A DNA stretch of 64,000 nucleotides from Candidatus Daviesbacteria bacterium (GCA_016187025.1 JACPKM010000004.1:228887-292886); one strand, 5' to 3'; shown: positions 36,797 through 49,357, counted from the stretch's first letter. The notes: generated by a model not told the origin, from the letters alone. Numbers and translations: made by a program.

Positions 36797-37231
36797 ATGA
36801 GTGTAATAAAGCTTCCTTTTAAGGACTACAAAGCAATTTATTCAAAAGTACCCAGGCTGTGTGTGGATTTAGTAATTAAAGATAGTACTGGGCTGTTGTT
36901 GACTTTAAGGGATATTGAGCCAAGAAAAGGCTTTTGGCATTTACCAGGAGGTACGGTACTTTATGGAGAAAGTCTTGAAAGTGCAGTTGAAAGAATTGCA
37001 AAGGAAGAACTGGGTATAGATGTTAATATACAAAAATTTTTAGGATCTATAGAATTTTTAAATAATCCAAAAATTGCTGAGCATGCAGTATCTTTAGTCT
37101 ATCTTGTTAAACCTGTAACAAAAGATATAATGCTAAACCATCAAGCATCAAAGTTTGACTTTTTTAAGCTCTTGCCCAAAAATACAGTAGCAGAACATAA
37201 AAATTTCCTGCTGGCATCCTGCCTTCTTTAA
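36797..37231 (+). CDS. Nudix hydrolase
   Basis: Nudix box GGTVLYGESLESAVERIAKEELGI (GX5EX7REUXEEXGU). Confidence 0.7.
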   Translation: MSVIKLPFKDYKAIYSKVPRLCVDLVIKDSTGLLLTLRDIEPRKGFWHLPGGTVLYGESLESAVERIAKEELGIDVNIQKFLGSIEFLNNPKIAEHAVSLVYLVKPVTKDIMLNHQASKFDFFKLLPKNTVAEHKNFLLASCLL

Positions 37232-37233
37232 GT

Positions 37234-38811
37234 ATGAATGAGTCACGTACGCTTTCAAAGCTTGCCAGTTTACTAATTTCTTCCTTTGACAAACAAGTTA
37301 AGGAGTCAGAAGAAAAGAAAATTTCTGTTAACTCAGTTGTAGCCGAAATTGCCAGCTGGTATGAAAAAATCCGCACCGCCATGGATTATAGAGAAGATGA
37401 GGTTATTTTAAGATCCTCTATAGAAAGAATTCTAAAGAGGAGATTTTTACTTGGTGGTAACGGAAAATATGTGGCAGGACCTTTGATCCGTGAGCTTGTC
37501 TGGGCCAGGTATTTTCCAGATAGCAGCGTTCCTGAAACTATCGTTGCCGATGTAGAAAAAATAATATCTAGGTTTTTAAAGCTTCAGGAGCATCTATATT
37601 CCCTTAAGATTTTAAATAGACAAGAGATAAGAGAGTGGATTCTGCAGCTGATGTCTTCTGATATTGAGGATGTACTCCGTCCTGAAAGATATAAAGAGCT
37701 GATGAGTAATTTCATCTATCAGATTTTTCAGGATGATATTGAAATTACCGATGATAGTGAGGAAACAAAAAACGCTCAGGTTTTTATTGCTGTCAGACGC
37801 GCTTATGCCAAAGAGGATTTGGCACTTTTGCGGTACCATCTATTTTGTCAGTACTTTGGTAAGTTAACTGATGACAATGTTGAACAAGTTGCAGATAATT
37901 TTTTGGATGGGTTCAATGAAATAAACAAGCAGCTTAACTATCCTTTAAAAGATAGGATTTATTCATATGTCAGAAACCAAATTCCTCCTTTCTATATTTT
38001 GGAGGATGTTTTACGCAACAATAAAGGTCAAGCCCGCTTTTTAGTCAGCGATGAAGATGAGTTTGACCGGCAAATTATTGATGCTGCTGCCAGCCGCTAT
38101 AAAAGCATTGTTGATAAGGTCAAAAGAGCAGTTGTCAGAAGCGTGATCTTTATCTTTGTGACAAAGATGGTTTTTACCTTGGCAGTTGAAGGGGCTTTTG
38201 AAAGCCTAATTTATGGAAAGATATTTTGGCCCTCAATTCTTTTAAATACCCTAGTGCCTCCAGGGTTGATGACTCTGGCTGGAGTTTTTATCAAAACCCC
38301 TGGAAAAGAAAACACAAAAAAAATCTTAGACAAAATCCATAGGATTTTATATCAGGAACGGCCTCAGCTGGATCATAAATTAATCTTAAAAAAGACTGCC
38401 AAGAAAGTGGACCCTTTACTCGATATTTTATTTGTGGCTTTGTGGATGATCGCTTTTACAATCAGCTTTGGGGCAACCATTTTTATTCTGACAAAACTTC
38501 ATTTTAATGCAGTAAGCCAAGGGGTGTTTGTTTTCTTTTTGGCAATAGTTTCATTTTTGGCTTACAGGATTAACCAAACAGCCCATGTTTACACTATCAA
38601 AGATCAGAAAGAAGGAATAAATCAGGTGCTTTTTGACTTTTTCTTTATGCCTTTTATACAAGCCGGAAGAAATCTAACTATGGGGATTTCGCAAATCAAT
38701 ATCTTTTTATTTTTATTTGATTACATTATTGAGGCACCATTTAAAAGCTTGTTTGCCTTTTTTGAACAATGGTTTCTTTACCTTAGAACTCAAAGAGAAA
38801 AACTTGAGTAA
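37234..38811 (+). CDS. Hypothetical protein with C-terminal transmembrane region
   Basis: 525-aa ORF, soluble N-terminal ~300 aa then several hydrophobic helices. No motif recognised. Confidence 0.4.
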   Translation: MNESRTLSKLASLLISSFDKQVKESEEKKISVNSVVAEIASWYEKIRTAMDYREDEVILRSSIERILKRRFLLGGNGKYVAGPLIRELVWARYFPDSSVPETIVADVEKIISRFLKLQEHLYSLKILNRQEIREWILQLMSSDIEDVLRPERYKELMSNFIYQIFQDDIEITDDSEETKNAQVFIAVRRAYAKEDLALLRYHLFCQYFGKLTDDNVEQVADNFLDGFNEINKQLNYPLKDRIYSYVRNQIPPFYILEDVLRNNKGQARFLVSDEDEFDRQIIDAAASRYKSIVDKVKRAVVRSVIFIFVTKMVFTLAVEGAFESLIYGKIFWPSILLNTLVPPGLMTLAGVFIKTPGKENTKKILDKIHRILYQERPQLDHKLILKKTAKKVDPLLDILFVALWMIAFTISFGATIFILTKLHFNAVSQGVFVFFLAIVSFLAYRINQTAHVYTIKDQKEGINQVLFDFFFMPFIQAGRNLTMGISQINIFLFLFDYIIEAPFKSLFAFFEQWFLYLRTQREKLE

Positions 38812-38812
38812 G

Positions 38813-39436
38813 TTACATTCTAGCTAGTCTTTTTGCTATTCCGGAAGGAAAATCTGCCTTTTCTTCTTTCATCCAACAAATTACATCTGATAGCAGACTT
38901 GCTTTTGGGAAATGTAAAAGTAAACATGCCTCTAATGCAAGGACCGTAGTACGGGCAATTTCAGGATTTCCATGAAATTGTCCAAGAAAAAACCCATAGC
39001 CTTCAAGTAAGAGACCAGAGGCAAGTTGATTGGGGTTTTGAATTTGAGTTGCAAACGTAAATGGGTTTTCTTTGGCTACAATTAATCTGTTTAATCTGGC
39101 GTATGTACCATCAAAAAACCGCGGCGTAGCAGCAAAAGCTTCACCTTTTAAGCCTTCTTGGTACATACCCACCCACTCATCAAGCGTATGGGGATGATCA
39201 GCTCCTAATTGAAGCTTTAAGGCGCTTATATCACGATAGAGTCTAGGATTTAATCTGTTTCTTCCAAAAAGAGAACCTGTTTGTAAAATTGCTGCTTCCA
39301 GCTCTGCGGTTCTCTGAGCAAAATCTGCTGGAGATGTATTAATTATATTCAGAGCTGTCCTAACATTTGTAGCTTCACTCAATCTTTTTCTTGCTTCATA
39401 CCTTATGATTCGGGGAATCTCAGTTATCATAAGCAT
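38813..39436 (-). CDS. Hypothetical protein
   Basis: 207-aa ORF, convergent with previous gene (1-nt gap). No confident motif. Confidence 0.35.
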   Translation of the reverse strand: MLMITEIPRIIRYEARKRLSEATNVRTALNIINTSPADFAQRTAELEAAILQTGSLFGRNRLNPRLYRDISALKLQLGADHPHTLDEWVGMYQEGLKGEAFAATPRFFDGTYARLNRLIVAKENPFTFATQIQNPNQLASGLLLEGYGFFLGQFHGNPEIARTTVLALEACLLLHFPKASLLSDVICWMKEEKADFPSGIAKRLARM

Positions 39437-39525
39437 ATATTTTAACTTATTTATAGACAGAATTCAAACTATAGGGTTAAATTATGAATTTAAATATTTA
39501 GAAAATTAGCAAATAAATGACAGAA

Positions 39526-40581
39526 TTAACTCTTTAAATACTTATCAAAAAAGCTTATTGATCTTTCCATTGCTTCCTCAAAGTTAGGAGAAGACAGATT
39601 ATGGTCTCCATTTTGATAGTTAAAAAATTCAACTTCTTTTCCAAGGCTTTTTAAACTGTTATATAAATTTTCGGATAGTTGCCAGGGTACTGTTTCATCT
39701 GATAAACCATGATGAAGTTGTACTGGTCCTGAGATATCTGCTAAATAACTGTTAGGAGAAATAGAATTCCAAAATTGGGGATTTTGCTCTGGCGTACCAT
39801 ACTCATCAATAAACCTTTGTCTAGTTAGCCTTCGCGTTTGTTGTTCCTTAGCTGATGGTGACCAGGGCGAGTTTCTAAAAAACCTATCAAACATATCAGA
39901 ATATGATCCTACTACCCCTCCCCAAATTACCCCTGCTTTTATATCTTTTGAAACTACCATTGAGCGTAAAGTTATATGTCCACCTAAAGAATGACCCCAC
40001 ATTCCAATCTTTTCAGGATTGACATCCTCGTATTTTTTTATGGAAGAGAGAGCATTTAGAATATCTGTGGTATAAGCAGGAGAAAAATATGCTCCTTCGG
40101 GGTTTCCTTCTGAGTCTCCGTGTCCTCTATAATCAGGCTTTAGTACTATATAGCCATTTTTTGCAAAACTATCTAAATAAGCAACATAGCGCTCAGTAGT
40201 GCGGTATTGTTCTGGGGGAATATAGCCATGATTGAAAATAATTACAGGAAAACCCTCTTGAGGTTGTTCTTCTTGCGGAACAGTTAGTAAAGCATTAATT
40301 TTTAACCCTTCAGATTTATATGAAACAATATAGCGATTATAGTTACTTCCTGGTTCTAACTCTTGCTCAATTGCAATATCGCCTCCTGGATAGTCTTTTT
40401 TTCTCATCTCCTCAATCCTTAGAGGATGAGTTTTAACATTGGCTGTTTTCTGATCTGATATCTGACTTGATCCACCCCTTTTTTCTTCTGGTTGTTTTCT
40501 TTGCAAATTTACTGCTACTGCGGTAATTAAAAACATTAGAGTTACTAATAAAACTACTCTGGATACACTGCTTTGGAGCAT
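39526..40581 (-). CDS. Secreted/membrane-anchored alpha/beta hydrolase (S9/dienelactone-hydrolase-like)
   Basis: N-terminal TM/signal (VVLLVTLMFLITAVAV), nucleophile elbow GHSLGG, and downstream Asp/His (LHHGLSDETVP) consistent with Ser-Asp-His triad. Confidence 0.65.
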   Translation of the reverse strand: MLQSSVSRVVLLVTLMFLITAVAVNLQRKQPEEKRGGSSQISDQKTANVKTHPLRIEEMRKKDYPGGDIAIEQELEPGSNYNRYIVSYKSEGLKINALLTVPQEEQPQEGFPVIIFNHGYIPPEQYRTTERYVAYLDSFAKNGYIVLKPDYRGHGDSEGNPEGAYFSPAYTTDILNALSSIKKYEDVNPEKIGMWGHSLGGHITLRSMVVSKDIKAGVIWGGVVGSYSDMFDRFFRNSPWSPSAKEQQTRRLTRQRFIDEYGTPEQNPQFWNSISPNSYLADISGPVQLHHGLSDETVPWQLSENLYNSLKSLGKEVEFFNYQNGDHNLSSPNFEEAMERSISFFDKYLKS

Positions 40582-40612
40582 AAAAGATGTCTTGTAAATT
40601 ATATCAAATGGA

Positions 40613-40641
40613 TTGCGTTAACAATGTAATTTGAGTACAAT
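40613..40641 (+). promoter_or_regulatory. sigma70-like promoter candidate for atp operon (TTGCGT-17-TACAAT)
   Basis: TTGCGT 40613-40618, TACAAT 40636-40641, ~50 nt upstream of atpB ATG. Confidence 0.4.
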
Positions 40642-40689
40642 ACTTTTTTAGTTAACCGAAGGATAACATTTTAAAATTTATATTGATAT

Positions 40690-41628
<939 letters not shown>

Positions 41629-41630
<2 letters not shown>

Positions 41631-41690
41631 GTTGTAGTGGGTAGTGAGTAGGCTGTAGTTGATTACTACCACCTACAACCTAAAACCTAC
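41629..41690 (+). promoter_or_regulatory. Intergenic imperfect hairpin between atpE and atpF
   Basis: GGTTGTAGTGGGTAGT...ACTACCACCTACAACC imperfect inverted repeat spanning the atpE stop. Contains a 24-nt exact copy of recG nt 19389-19412. Confidence 0.35.
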
Positions 41691-41702
41691 AAACTAATTT
41701 TT

Positions 41703-42197
41703 ATGGATATTTTAAGCCAGTTTGGAGTCCAACCAGTACTTTTGGCTGCGCAAGTGGTCAATTTTTTAATACTTCTTTTTATTTTAAAGAGGTTTTTGTA
41801 TAAACCTGTATTAAAGGTATTAGATGAAAGAAGAAAAAGAGTTGAAGAGAGTTTAAAAAACGCTGAAGAAATTGAAAAGAAATTATTAGAAACTGAAGAA
41901 GCCAAAAATAAAATTTTGGAAAAGGCCTCTTTAGATGTCCAAAAAATGTTGGATGAAACAAAGAAAGAAATTGAGGTGATGAAGGAGGAAGGTAAGGTAC
42001 AATCAGAGCAGATGGCAGCTCAAATAATTAAAAAAGGCCAGGAAGAAGCCCGGGCAGCTGTCGAAAAAATGGAACAGGAATTGATGAGTAAACTAGGAGA
42101 TATTGTGGCACTCGGTATGGAAAAAGTGACAGGAAAGGTTTTAAAAACATCGGATCAAAAAGAAATTATAGAAAAGACAGTTAGAGGTATGTCATGA
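41703..42197 (+). CDS. atpF: ATP synthase Fo subunit b
   Basis: N-terminal TM helix then long charged coiled-coil (EE/KK-rich). Operon position. Confidence 0.75.
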   Translation: MDILSQFGVQPVLLAAQVVNFLILLFILKRFLYKPVLKVLDERRKRVEESLKNAEEIEKKLLETEEAKNKILEKASLDVQKMLDETKKEIEVMKEEGKVQSEQMAAQIIKKGQEEARAAVEKMEQELMSKLGDIVALGMEKVTGKVLKTSDQKEIIEKTVRGMS

Positions 42198-42607
42198 AGA
42201 AGGATAAACAATTACAAAAGTTAATTAAAAAGCTGGTAGACTTAAGTTTTAAAGACGGAAAAATAGTGGAAAATCAAGTTATAAAATCCATTAAAAGTGT
42301 AAAATCTGCTCCAAAACCTCAAGCTATTTGGGCTTTGTCTGAATACCTAAAACAGTTAAAAAGAAAAGAAAGACAGTTTACTATGTATATTGAGTCAGCC
42401 ATCCCCCTTTCCCCCATTCAAGTCATGAAAATGAAAAGGATCGTTGAAAAAAAGGCAAAAATTACCAAAGTGTTAGTAAATATTAATCCTGAGATTTTGG
42501 GTGGATTTAAGTTAAGGTTAGGGGATGAAATTTGGGATGAATCATTGGTAGGTAAGATCCAACAGGTAAAGGAGGTAATCCATGGCAGATCTAATAAATC
42601 AAATTGA
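42194..42607 (+). CDS. atpH: ATP synthase F1 subunit delta (short form)
   Basis: Position between atpF and atpA, overlapping both. 137 aa (shorter than typical ~175 aa). Confidence 0.55.
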   Translation: MKKDKQLQKLIKKLVDLSFKDGKIVENQVIKSIKSVKSAPKPQAIWALSEYLKQLKRKERQFTMYIESAIPLSPIQVMKMKRIVEKKAKITKVLVNINPEILGGFKLRLGDEIWDESLVGKIQQVKEVIHGRSNKSN

Positions 42608-44102
42608 GTCGGAAATAAAAGGCTTAAAACTAAAAGCTGTCAGACAAAATGTAGGAAAGGTTACTGAAGTTGGTGACGGAGTGGCCCGTATTGAAGGACT
42701 CTCTGATGTTTTGGCCTCAGAAATGATTGATTTTGGTGGCGGGGTTTTCGGCTTGGCTCTTAATTTGGAAGAGTACAACGTTGGTGCTGTAGTGTTGGGG
42801 GATTTTACCAAGATTAAAGAAGGTGATGAAGTTAAAACAACCGGAAAAGTTTTACAAGTGCCTGTGGGGGATGCTTTAATCGGCCGGGTGGTTGATGCTT
42901 TGGGTAATCCGATTGACGGTAAAGGGCCAATCAAGACAAAAACCTCTTATCCTGTGGAAAAGATTGCACCCGGAGTTATCACCAGACAATCTGTTACCAC
43001 CCCACTTCAGACCGGAATTAAAGCCATAGATGCACTTATCCCTATTGGTAGAGGGCAAAGAGAGTTAATTATTGGTGATCGTGGCACCGGGAAAACTACC
43101 ATAGCAATCGACACCATCATTAACCAAAAAGACGTGGTTTGCATTTATGTAGCGATCGGTCAAAAAACCTCCAAAGTGGCACAGCTTGTTGCAAAGCTGG
43201 AAGAAGCCGGAGCTATGGACCATACTATAATTGTTGCAGCCACAGCCTCTGATCCTGTGACCATGCAATATATTGCCCCCTACTCCGGTGTGGCTATGGG
43301 CGAGTATTTTATGGACCAGGGAAAAGATGCTTTGATTATCTACGATGATCTGTCAAAGCATGCCTGGGCATACCGGCAGATGTCGCTACTTTTAAGGAGG
43401 CCTTCCGGACGTGAGGCATATCCGGGAGATGTGTTTTATCTTCACTCCAGGCTGTTAGAGCGGGCTGCCAGGCTGAATAAAGATTATGGTGGAGGATCTT
43501 TGACAGCTTTACCTATTATTGAAACTCAAGCAGGTGATGTGTCTGCTTACATTCCTACAAATGTTATTTCTATTACTGACGGGCAGATTTATCTGGAGAC
43601 AGACTTGTTTTTTGCCGGGATTAGACCGGCACTAAATGTGGGATTATCTGTTTCCAGGGTTGGTGGTGCTGCCCAAACTAAAGCTATGAAATCTGTGGCA
43701 GGAAGGTTAAAGCTTGATTTAGCCCAATTTAGAGAGCTAGCAGCTTTTGCCCAATTTGCCTCAGATTTAGATCCAGGAACAAAACAACAGATAGAGAGAG
43801 GAAAAAGGATCACAGAGGTATTAAAACAACCTCCCTACTCCCCTGTCCCAGTTGAAGAACAGGTAGTAGTACTTTGGGCTGTGACTAATGGATATTTAGA
43901 TGAGGTGGAAATAGAAAGGGTTAAGGAATTTGAGCAAAGATATATACAACACTTAAAACTGAGAAATAAGCAAAGCTTGCCATCTAAAGATGGTAAAAAA
44001 CTTTTAAGTGAGTTAGCAGAGAAAAAGGTTTTGGATGAAGGAATGGTTAAGGAATTGGAAAAAACTACTAAGGAGTTTACAAAAACCTATGGCAAGTACT
44101 AG
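42582..44102 (+). CDS. atpA: ATP synthase F1 subunit alpha
   Basis: P-loop GDRGTGKT, ...[42 protein letters not shown] alpha-subunit signature. Confidence 0.9.
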   Translation: MADLINQIESEIKGLKLKAVRQNVGKVTEVGDGVARIEGLSDVLASEMIDFGGGVFGLALNLEEYNVGAVVLGDFTKIKEGDEVKTTGKVLQVPVGDALIGRVVDALGNPIDGKGPIKTKTSYPVEKIAPGVITRQSVTTPLQTGIKAIDALIPIGRGQRELIIGDRGTGKTTIAIDTIINQKDVVCIYVAIGQKTSKVAQLVAKLEEAGAMDHTIIVAATASDPVTMQYIAPYSGVAMGEYFMDQGKDALIIYDDLSKHAWAYRQMSLLLRRPSGREAYPGDVFYLHSRLLERAARLNKDYGGGSLTALPIIETQAGDVSAYIPTNVISITDGQIYLETDLFFAGIRPALNVGLSVSRVGGAAQTKAMKSVAGRLKLDLAQFRELAAFAQFASDLDPGTKQQIERGKRITEVLKQPPYSPVPVEEQVVVLWAVTNGYLDEVEIERVKEFEQRYIQHLKLRNKQSLPSKDGKKLLSELAEKKVLDEGMVKELEKTTKEFTKTYGKY

Positions 44103-44928
44103 AGAACTAAGACGCAGAATAAGATCTGTCAAAAATACCAGCCAGATTACCAAAGCCATGCAGATGGTGGCGGCGACTAAAATGAGAAGAGCCCAAAACC
44201 AGGCTGTAAACGGCAGGCCTTATTCGGGAAATTTAATAGAATCACTTTCCAGATTACTTCCCAGGATTAACCCTGAGGATCATCTGTTACTTTCCGGAGA
44301 CGGTTCCCAAACTGCTGGAGTGGTAGTTTTGTCTACAGATAAAGGTCTGGTTGGAGCATTAAATACCAATATTGTCAGATCTCTAATGTCTGCTAATTTT
44401 CCAACAAAGACATTGTTTTACACAATCGGTAAAAAAGGTAGAAGTTTTGTGGCCAGAACCGGAAAGGATTTAAAAGCTGATTTTGAAAATACTGATGCTA
44501 TAACTTTCAGACAAGCTAAACAGCTGGCTAAGTTGTTAATTGATTCGTTTATGGCTGGTGAGATCGGAGAGGCCTATGTAATTTATCCTCACTTTGTGTC
44601 TACTTTAAGACAGGAAGCAACAAAAGTGAAGGTGTTGCCAATAGAAGCTGCAGAACTAAAAATTAGCAACGGAGAATTTTTGATAGAACCTAATCCTGAT
44701 GAGCTATTGGATGAGCTTTTAACCCATTTTGTAGAGATCAAGATTTATCAGGCGCTTTTGGAAACTAAAGCTTCTGAACATTCTGCCAGGATGATTGCCA
44801 TGAAAAATGCCACAGACAATGCAAAGGAGTTGATTGAAGATCTGCAGTTAACATATAATCAGACCCGCCAGGATGCGATAACCAAAGAAATTTTAGAAAT
44901 AGCAACAGCAGCAGTAGCAATGGAATAA
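44089..44928 (+). CDS. atpG: ATP synthase F1 subunit gamma
   Basis: [36 protein letters not shown] canonical gamma N-terminus. Start set at internal Met, overlapping atpA by 14 nt. Confidence 0.85.
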   Translation: MASTRELRRRIRSVKNTSQITKAMQMVAATKMRRAQNQAVNGRPYSGNLIESLSRLLPRINPEDHLLLSGDGSQTAGVVVLSTDKGLVGALNTNIVRSLMSANFPTKTLFYTIGKKGRSFVARTGKDLKADFENTDAITFRQAKQLAKLLIDSFMAGEIGEAYVIYPHFVSTLRQEATKVKVLPIEAAELKISNGEFLIEPNPDELLDELLTHFVEIKIYQALLETKASEHSARMIAMKNATDNAKELIEDLQLTYNQTRQDAITKEILEIATAAVAME

Positions 44929-46299
<1,371 letters not shown>

Positions 46300-46402
46300 G
46301 ACTTCTTAAATTTCCAATTTCTAATTTTTAATTTTCAGTGAGTTTTCAACGATTAAATTTTAAAAGCCTGTACCTAGTCTAATTTAGTGTCAAGTAGAGA
46401 TA

Positions 46403-46810
46403 TTATAAAGATTCGTCAGGTTGCTCTAGCCTTATACCTGTAGCAATCAGTGAGCGTACTAAAGCATCATGAGTTAGGTCAACACCTTGACCGAGTGAAA
46501 ATTGTACCTGTTCAATAACTGGTTTGTCGTCTACCCAGTGGGCAATACAGGATGATGTGGCAAGAGTAATGTTTTGTTGGAGAATCATCAAGACCATAAC
46601 CCTGGGTAGTCTTGTATTTGGAAAATGTAGTACAGGCATGGTAGTGATAACTCCGTCATTGATATGTCTGGTTTCTGGTACTCTATCTGTGTTAAAACCA
46701 AATGCCACCATCTCCTTTGGCGTCATATGACTACGATAAACAAAGGCACGGTATACTCCAGTCCAGGCATCGATTGCTTCCTGTTGTGAAGTTGGTTGTT
46801 CTGCTGACAT
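46403..46810 (-). CDS. Hypothetical protein (first gene of accessory insertion)
   Basis: 135-aa ORF, noticeably GC-richer codons than neighbours. No motif recognised. Confidence 0.3.
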   Translation of the reverse strand: MSAEQPTSQQEAIDAWTGVYRAFVYRSHMTPKEMVAFGFNTDRVPETRHINDGVITTMPVLHFPNTRLPRVMVLMILQQNITLATSSCIAHWVDDKPVIEQVQFSLGQGVDLTHDALVRSLIATGIRLEQPDESL

Positions 46811-46879
46811 ATCGGCAAATTTTACAAGATTATAGGATTAAAATCAATTTATCCTAATCTGATTAGGTTTCAAATGGAG

Positions 46880-47104
46880 TTATTTGACAAGTTTCTCAAG
46901 TTCTCCTTTACTTAAATCAGCTTGTCTGAGGATACTACGAAAGGTGCCTAAGGCTATTTCTTTGTGATTTGGAACAATAACAACTAGAGTTGCACCTGGC
47001 TTATTTTTTACTAGCTTGATATGGCTACCCCTTTGACTAATCTCAGAAAAACCAGCTCTTTTTAAAGCTGACAACACTTGTTTCGCTGAGTATAACTTTG
47101 GCAT
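46880..47104 (-). CDS. hicA: HicA-like mRNA interferase toxin
   Basis: 74 aa: KQVLSALKRAGFSEISQRGSHIKL...VVIVPNHKEIALGTFRSILRQADL matches HicA (GSH motif, dsRBD-like). Confidence 0.7.
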   Translation of the reverse strand: MPKLYSAKQVLSALKRAGFSEISQRGSHIKLVKNKPGATLVVIVPNHKEIALGTFRSILRQADLSKGELEKLVK

Positions 47105-47143
47105 AACACCACAAGCATATCAGATAATTAGGTCATTTATAAG

Positions 47144-47356
47144 TTAACTGAAGGAAATTGTGAAATCCTGAATTTTTGGTTTTTTAATAGGTACAACCTC
47201 TGCTTTTTTGTTGTCTTCGAAGTATAATTCGACAGCCTCTTTTAGATTTCTTAAAGCCTCTTTTTCAGTTTTGCCTTGAGAAGCTACCTCTATCTCTAGA
47301 GCCTTAGCCACAAACCATTTATTTTCTTTCCAAATTACTGAATGAATCTGTTTCAT
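47144..47356 (-). CDS. hicB: HicB-like antitoxin (short form)
   Basis: 70 aa: WFVAKALEIEVASQGKTEKEALRNLKEAVELYFED resembles HicB N-terminal domain. Immediately upstream of hicA. Confidence 0.6.
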   Translation of the reverse strand: MKQIHSVIWKENKWFVAKALEIEVASQGKTEKEALRNLKEAVELYFEDNKKAEVVPIKKPKIQDFTISFS

Positions 47357-47477
47357 AAAATTATTCTAGCATAATAGATTTAAGAAAGATGTATGAAGTT
47401 TGCGCCTAATCTGATTTGGCGTCAAGGTACCTTTTTAAACTGAAATTCCCTAAGATTATTTATGCTAATATGAGGAT

Positions 47478-47702
47478 ATGGTTTTGGGCGCTGTTAATTC
47501 TAAAAATGGTGTGAAGGTTAGATTGACTGATGAGCGGTGGAACCATATTATAACCTCTCATTTAGAGATTAATCCTCAAGGGCATAAAAGAATTTTAAAT
47601 GCCATTGGAGATCCGGAAGTTATTTTTAAGGGTGATGTAGGAGAATTGTTAGCAGTTTGTAAATTACCTAGAAAGAGAATGTGGATTGTGGTAGCATATT
47701 AA
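47478..47702 (+). CDS. DUF4258-like small protein (RelE-fold putative toxin)
   Basis: VRLTDERWNHIITSH...ILNAIGDPEVI...GELLAVCKL..KRMWIVVAY follows the DUF4258 pattern (I..T.HA..R........PD.V......LLrVVyee.d.ivVItaY). Confidence 0.5.
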   Translation: MVLGAVNSKNGVKVRLTDERWNHIITSHLEINPQGHKRILNAIGDPEVIFKGDVGELLAVCKLPRKRMWIVVAY

Positions 47703-47783
47703 AGAAGTTACTAAGGAGGATGGATTTATCCTTACAGCCTATTTAACTACAGATAGTAAATGGTTATTTAAAAGGGAGATTTT

Positions 47784-48026
47784 ATGGAGCAAAGAATAGT
47801 AAACTCAGGAAAAATTGCTGCTTCGGATCTAGTCAAACTTGCCCAATTCGGGCAGGATAAATTATTTGTAGATTATGATCAGGAAGCTGATGTTTTATAT
47901 GTCAGCTTTGGTAAACCCCAGAAAGCTGAAGATTCTGTACAAGGTGAGGATGGAATTGTTAGAAGGAAAAAAGTTGGTAAGGTTGTGGGTTTAACTATTC
48001 TCAACGCCAGCCGCTTTAAAAGATAA
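47784..48026 (+). CDS. DUF2283-like small protein (putative antitoxin partner)
   Basis: KLFVDYDQEADVLYVSFGKP...DGIVRRKKVGKVVGLTILNAS matches DUF2283 (YD.eaDvLYi...........g.iVGieIlnaS), a family usually paired with DUF4258. Confidence 0.55.
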   Translation: MEQRIVNSGKIAASDLVKLAQFGQDKLFVDYDQEADVLYVSFGKPQKAEDSVQGEDGIVRRKKVGKVVGLTILNASRFKR

Positions 48027-48087
48027 CTTAAAGCCTGAGGATGCTTTCTATATAGTGCTGATGAAATTAGCAAAGCTGCTGAAGGAT

Positions 48088-48594
48088 TTAGATCTTCTTG
48101 TCTTCTAATAAATTAATTTCAGTTCTTGTATCAATGTAACTCCCTTTTATAAATCCCTCTCCATTTACCCAAAATTTTTCAGGAACTGCTTTATATATTC
48201 TTCTAGGAAATTGATCTGTAAGTTTTTTTTCTTCTCCCTCTGCAGGTTTTTGGTTAGTTCTTTTAGATAAGTAATTCAGAGCTTTCTTTATTTCCTCATC
48301 CTCCTCTACCATGTAAGCCTTAGCTTGAATGTAAACTCCCTCCCCTGTACCTTCAGGTGCAGTTGAGTCATAAATTACTATAAAAACCTGATTATTTTCT
48401 GCAATATTTTTGGAGTGAATATTCTCCTTCCAAGATGCCCAATAAAAATTGTAATCTTCATCATAAGCTGAATAAACCGGTGAGTTCCAAGGAATATTTT
48501 CCTTGGAAGAAGTGGCAATTGTTATATATATTATTTGCTCAATAATCTCTTTTGCTCTTTTTACCAGATGATCACTCATATCTGAAGTTTGCAC
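48088..48594 (-). CDS. Pyridoxamine 5'-phosphate oxidase-like (split-barrel FMN-binding) protein
   Basis: Size and N-terminal block IIYITIATSSKENIPWNSPVYSAYDEDYNFYWAS resemble PNPOx-like/general-stress-26 proteins. No cofactor motif verified. Confidence 0.4.
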   Translation of the reverse strand: MQTSDMSDHLVKRAKEIIEQIIYITIATSSKENIPWNSPVYSAYDEDYNFYWASWKENIHSKNIAENNQVFIVIYDSTAPEGTGEGVYIQAKAYMVEEDEEIKKALNYLSKRTNQKPAEGEEKKLTDQFPRRIYKAVPEKFWVNGEGFIKGSYIDTRTEINLLEDKKI

Positions 48595-48610
48595 TTTTGG
48601 AAGGAAAAAT

Positions 48611-49033
48611 TCAACCCTTATTCTTAAAATATTCCGGAAAGGTCCAGGATAAAGTTTTTGGATGGATTATACCTATTCCCCTAAAGCTTTTAAGTTGGAT
48701 TAAATCCTGATCCAATGTAACTATTAAGTCAGTTTTGCCTGATAAGGCGCATTCCAGAATCTTATTATCTGACGGATCGCGGGTTATCACCGACACTGTT
48801 TCAGTAATTGTTACAATTTCAGTAATAGTTCTAATTTTGTTAAGCAGTTGATTAACTTCCTCTTGAGGTAATTTGAGCTTATTTTTTAGCTTACTAGTGA
48901 GTTCTAACAGAATCTCTTCGGAGGTGATAATAGTAAATATTTTGTTTTTTGATATTATGTCAATAATTTCTGCTGAGAATGTATTTTTAATGGCTGCGGC
49001 AAAGTAAATATTAGTGTCAAAAACTATTTTCAT
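48611..49033 (-). CDS. PIN-domain ribonuclease toxin (VapC-like)
   Basis: MKIVFDTNIYFAAAI (Asp4), ...ITSEEILLEL..., VTLDQDLIQL acidic residues in PIN spacing. Overlaps upstream RHH gene by 4 nt. Confidence 0.7.
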   Translation of the reverse strand: MKIVFDTNIYFAAAIKNTFSAEIIDIISKNKIFTIITSEEILLELTSKLKNKLKLPQEEVNQLLNKIRTITEIVTITETVSVITRDPSDNKILECALSGKTDLIVTLDQDLIQLKSFRGIGIIHPKTLSWTFPEYFKNKG

Positions 49034-49251
49034 CCCAAAATTCTCTCAACATCTTCATCTGTTTTGATGTTGAATTTTTTGGCTATTTCTGCACCCCAAG
49101 CTCTAATTTTGAACCAATCTCTATCAAATTCGTATTTTCTAAAAGCCTCTCTTAAAAGCTCGCTTTGAGTCCTGTTTTCCTCTTTAGCTACTTTTTTAAT
49201 TCTTTTTGCCATAGCTTGCGGAACTGAAATGTTTATAATACTTCTTTGCAT
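49030..49251 (-). CDS. Ribbon-helix-helix (CopG-like) antitoxin
   Basis: MQRSIINISVPQAMAKRIKKVAKEENRTQSELLREAF: beta-strand + two helices of RHH. Start set at internal Met because the promoter lies inside the longer ORF. Confidence 0.55.
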   Translation of the reverse strand: MQRSIINISVPQAMAKRIKKVAKEENRTQSELLREAFRKYEFDRDWFKIRAWGAEIAKKFNIKTDEDVERILG

Positions 49252-49261
49252 ATTGTAACAA

Positions 49262-49290
49262 ATTGTATTACAGAACCAACTGCCTGTCAA
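49262..49290 (-). promoter_or_regulatory. sigma70-like promoter (TTGACA-17-TACAAT, minus strand) for RHH-PIN operon, with flanking CTGCCTG direct repeats
   Basis: On minus strand TTGACA (49285-49290) - 17 nt - TACAAT (49262-49267), ~10 nt before antitoxin ATG. CTGCCTG copies at 49280-49286 and 49301-49307 could be operator half-sites. Confidence 0.4.
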
Positions 49291-49299
49291 CAAGCCTTC

Positions 49300-49339
49300 C
49301 CTGCCTGCCCTCCTAACGGCGGGTAAACCGGCAGGCAGG
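49300..49339 (-). promoter_or_regulatory. GC-rich 10-bp-stem hairpin between hypothetical gene and RHH-PIN promoter
   Basis: CCTGCCTGCC (49300-49309) / GGCAGGCAGG (49330-49339) perfect inverted repeat, 20-nt loop. No U-tract, so terminator vs operator is unresolved. Confidence 0.35.
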
Positions 49340-49357
49340 TACATGAAGGGCACAATA

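Noticed and set aside
38813-39436. Possible HD-domain/YfbR-like 5'-nucleotidase (NVRT motif)
   Set aside because: Only a short NVRT similarity. The H...HD metal-binding residues are not evident, so left as hypothetical.
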